Assembly: GCF_000281045.1 (NCBI RefSeq)
Contig: NW_008246074.1
Location: forward strand, 1,074,454-1,094,453
Direction of reading: 5' to 3'
DNA from: Saprolegnia diclina VS20
Lineage: Eukaryota
DNA: 20,000 nt
The translations under genes were made by a program, and so were the position numbers. Below are positions 19,616-20,000 of this stretch, in pieces (the first letter of the stretch is position 1; the number at the start of each line of letters is the position of its first letter). Below the pieces are notes generated by a model. It ran no database searches, was not told the DNA's origin, and saw only the letters and a list, made by a program, of their open reading frames with translations.

Positions 19616-20000
19616 GCCAGGGTGTAAGCCACACCGACACGTATATGAATATAAGTACCTCGTTTTGCAGTGCAATCGTCTGCTTCATCGTGCCAAAGAT
19701 CGCGACCAAATGGCTCAACCTGCGCGCAATCCAGCCGTGCCGCGCGCGAGGGCAATGCATTAGCTTTTGCGTCCCCTGCCGGCGCTTCTTGACCTTAAAC
19801 CTTAAGCCTCACCAGGTACCGGTTCTGGTACTGTGCATTACTCAAATGTACGCGACACGAAGCACGACCGTCTCCGACAAGGCCGACAAGGTACAGCTGC
19901 CAGCACTGGGACATGGCGAGCCGCACGGGCAAAGCTCCCGACGGGTACACATAGAAAATACGCATATCGTCTCGCGCTATATACCATTCATTCGCAAAGC

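Noticed and set aside
19793..19808. CCTTAAACCTTAAGCC, loosely telomere-like (CCCTAAA)
   Set aside because: There are only two degenerate units, consistent with chance.
1..20000. Prokaryotic operon, defence system, RNA genes or intact transposon
   Set aside because: Spliceosomal introns and eukaryotic gene families occur throughout. I recognised no transposase, reverse transcriptase, integrase, terminal repeats, tRNA or rRNA.

Overview
Eukaryotic, GC-rich, gene-dense window with many very short GT-AG introns (25 modelled by hand, 24 of them 39-57 nt). It also carries an oomycete-type INR+FPR core promoter, so the source is most plausibly a sterol-synthesising oomycete (Saprolegniales-like; this is an inference). 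In order it contains: the 3' end of a membrane protein; a head-to-head pair of sterol C4-methyl oxidase (ERG25/SMO-like) paralogs, one intronless and one with two introns; three genes with C-x4-C-x9-C-x2-H (WRKY19-like) zinc-finger repeats; a 7-exon coiled-coil plus NHL beta-propeller protein; a divergent pair of TEX9-like coiled-coil paralogs flanking a rhodanese+DSP MAP-kinase-phosphatase-like gene that lacks the catalytic Arg; and a small hypothetical ORF. The most notable points are the two independent inverted paralog pairs, mirror-symmetric promoter motifs between the SMO copies, a stop-free in-frame intron splitting a catalytic His box, and the probable pseudophosphatase. No CRISPR array, RNA gene or intact mobile element was recognised. 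All exon models and family calls come from manual reading, not from database searches.
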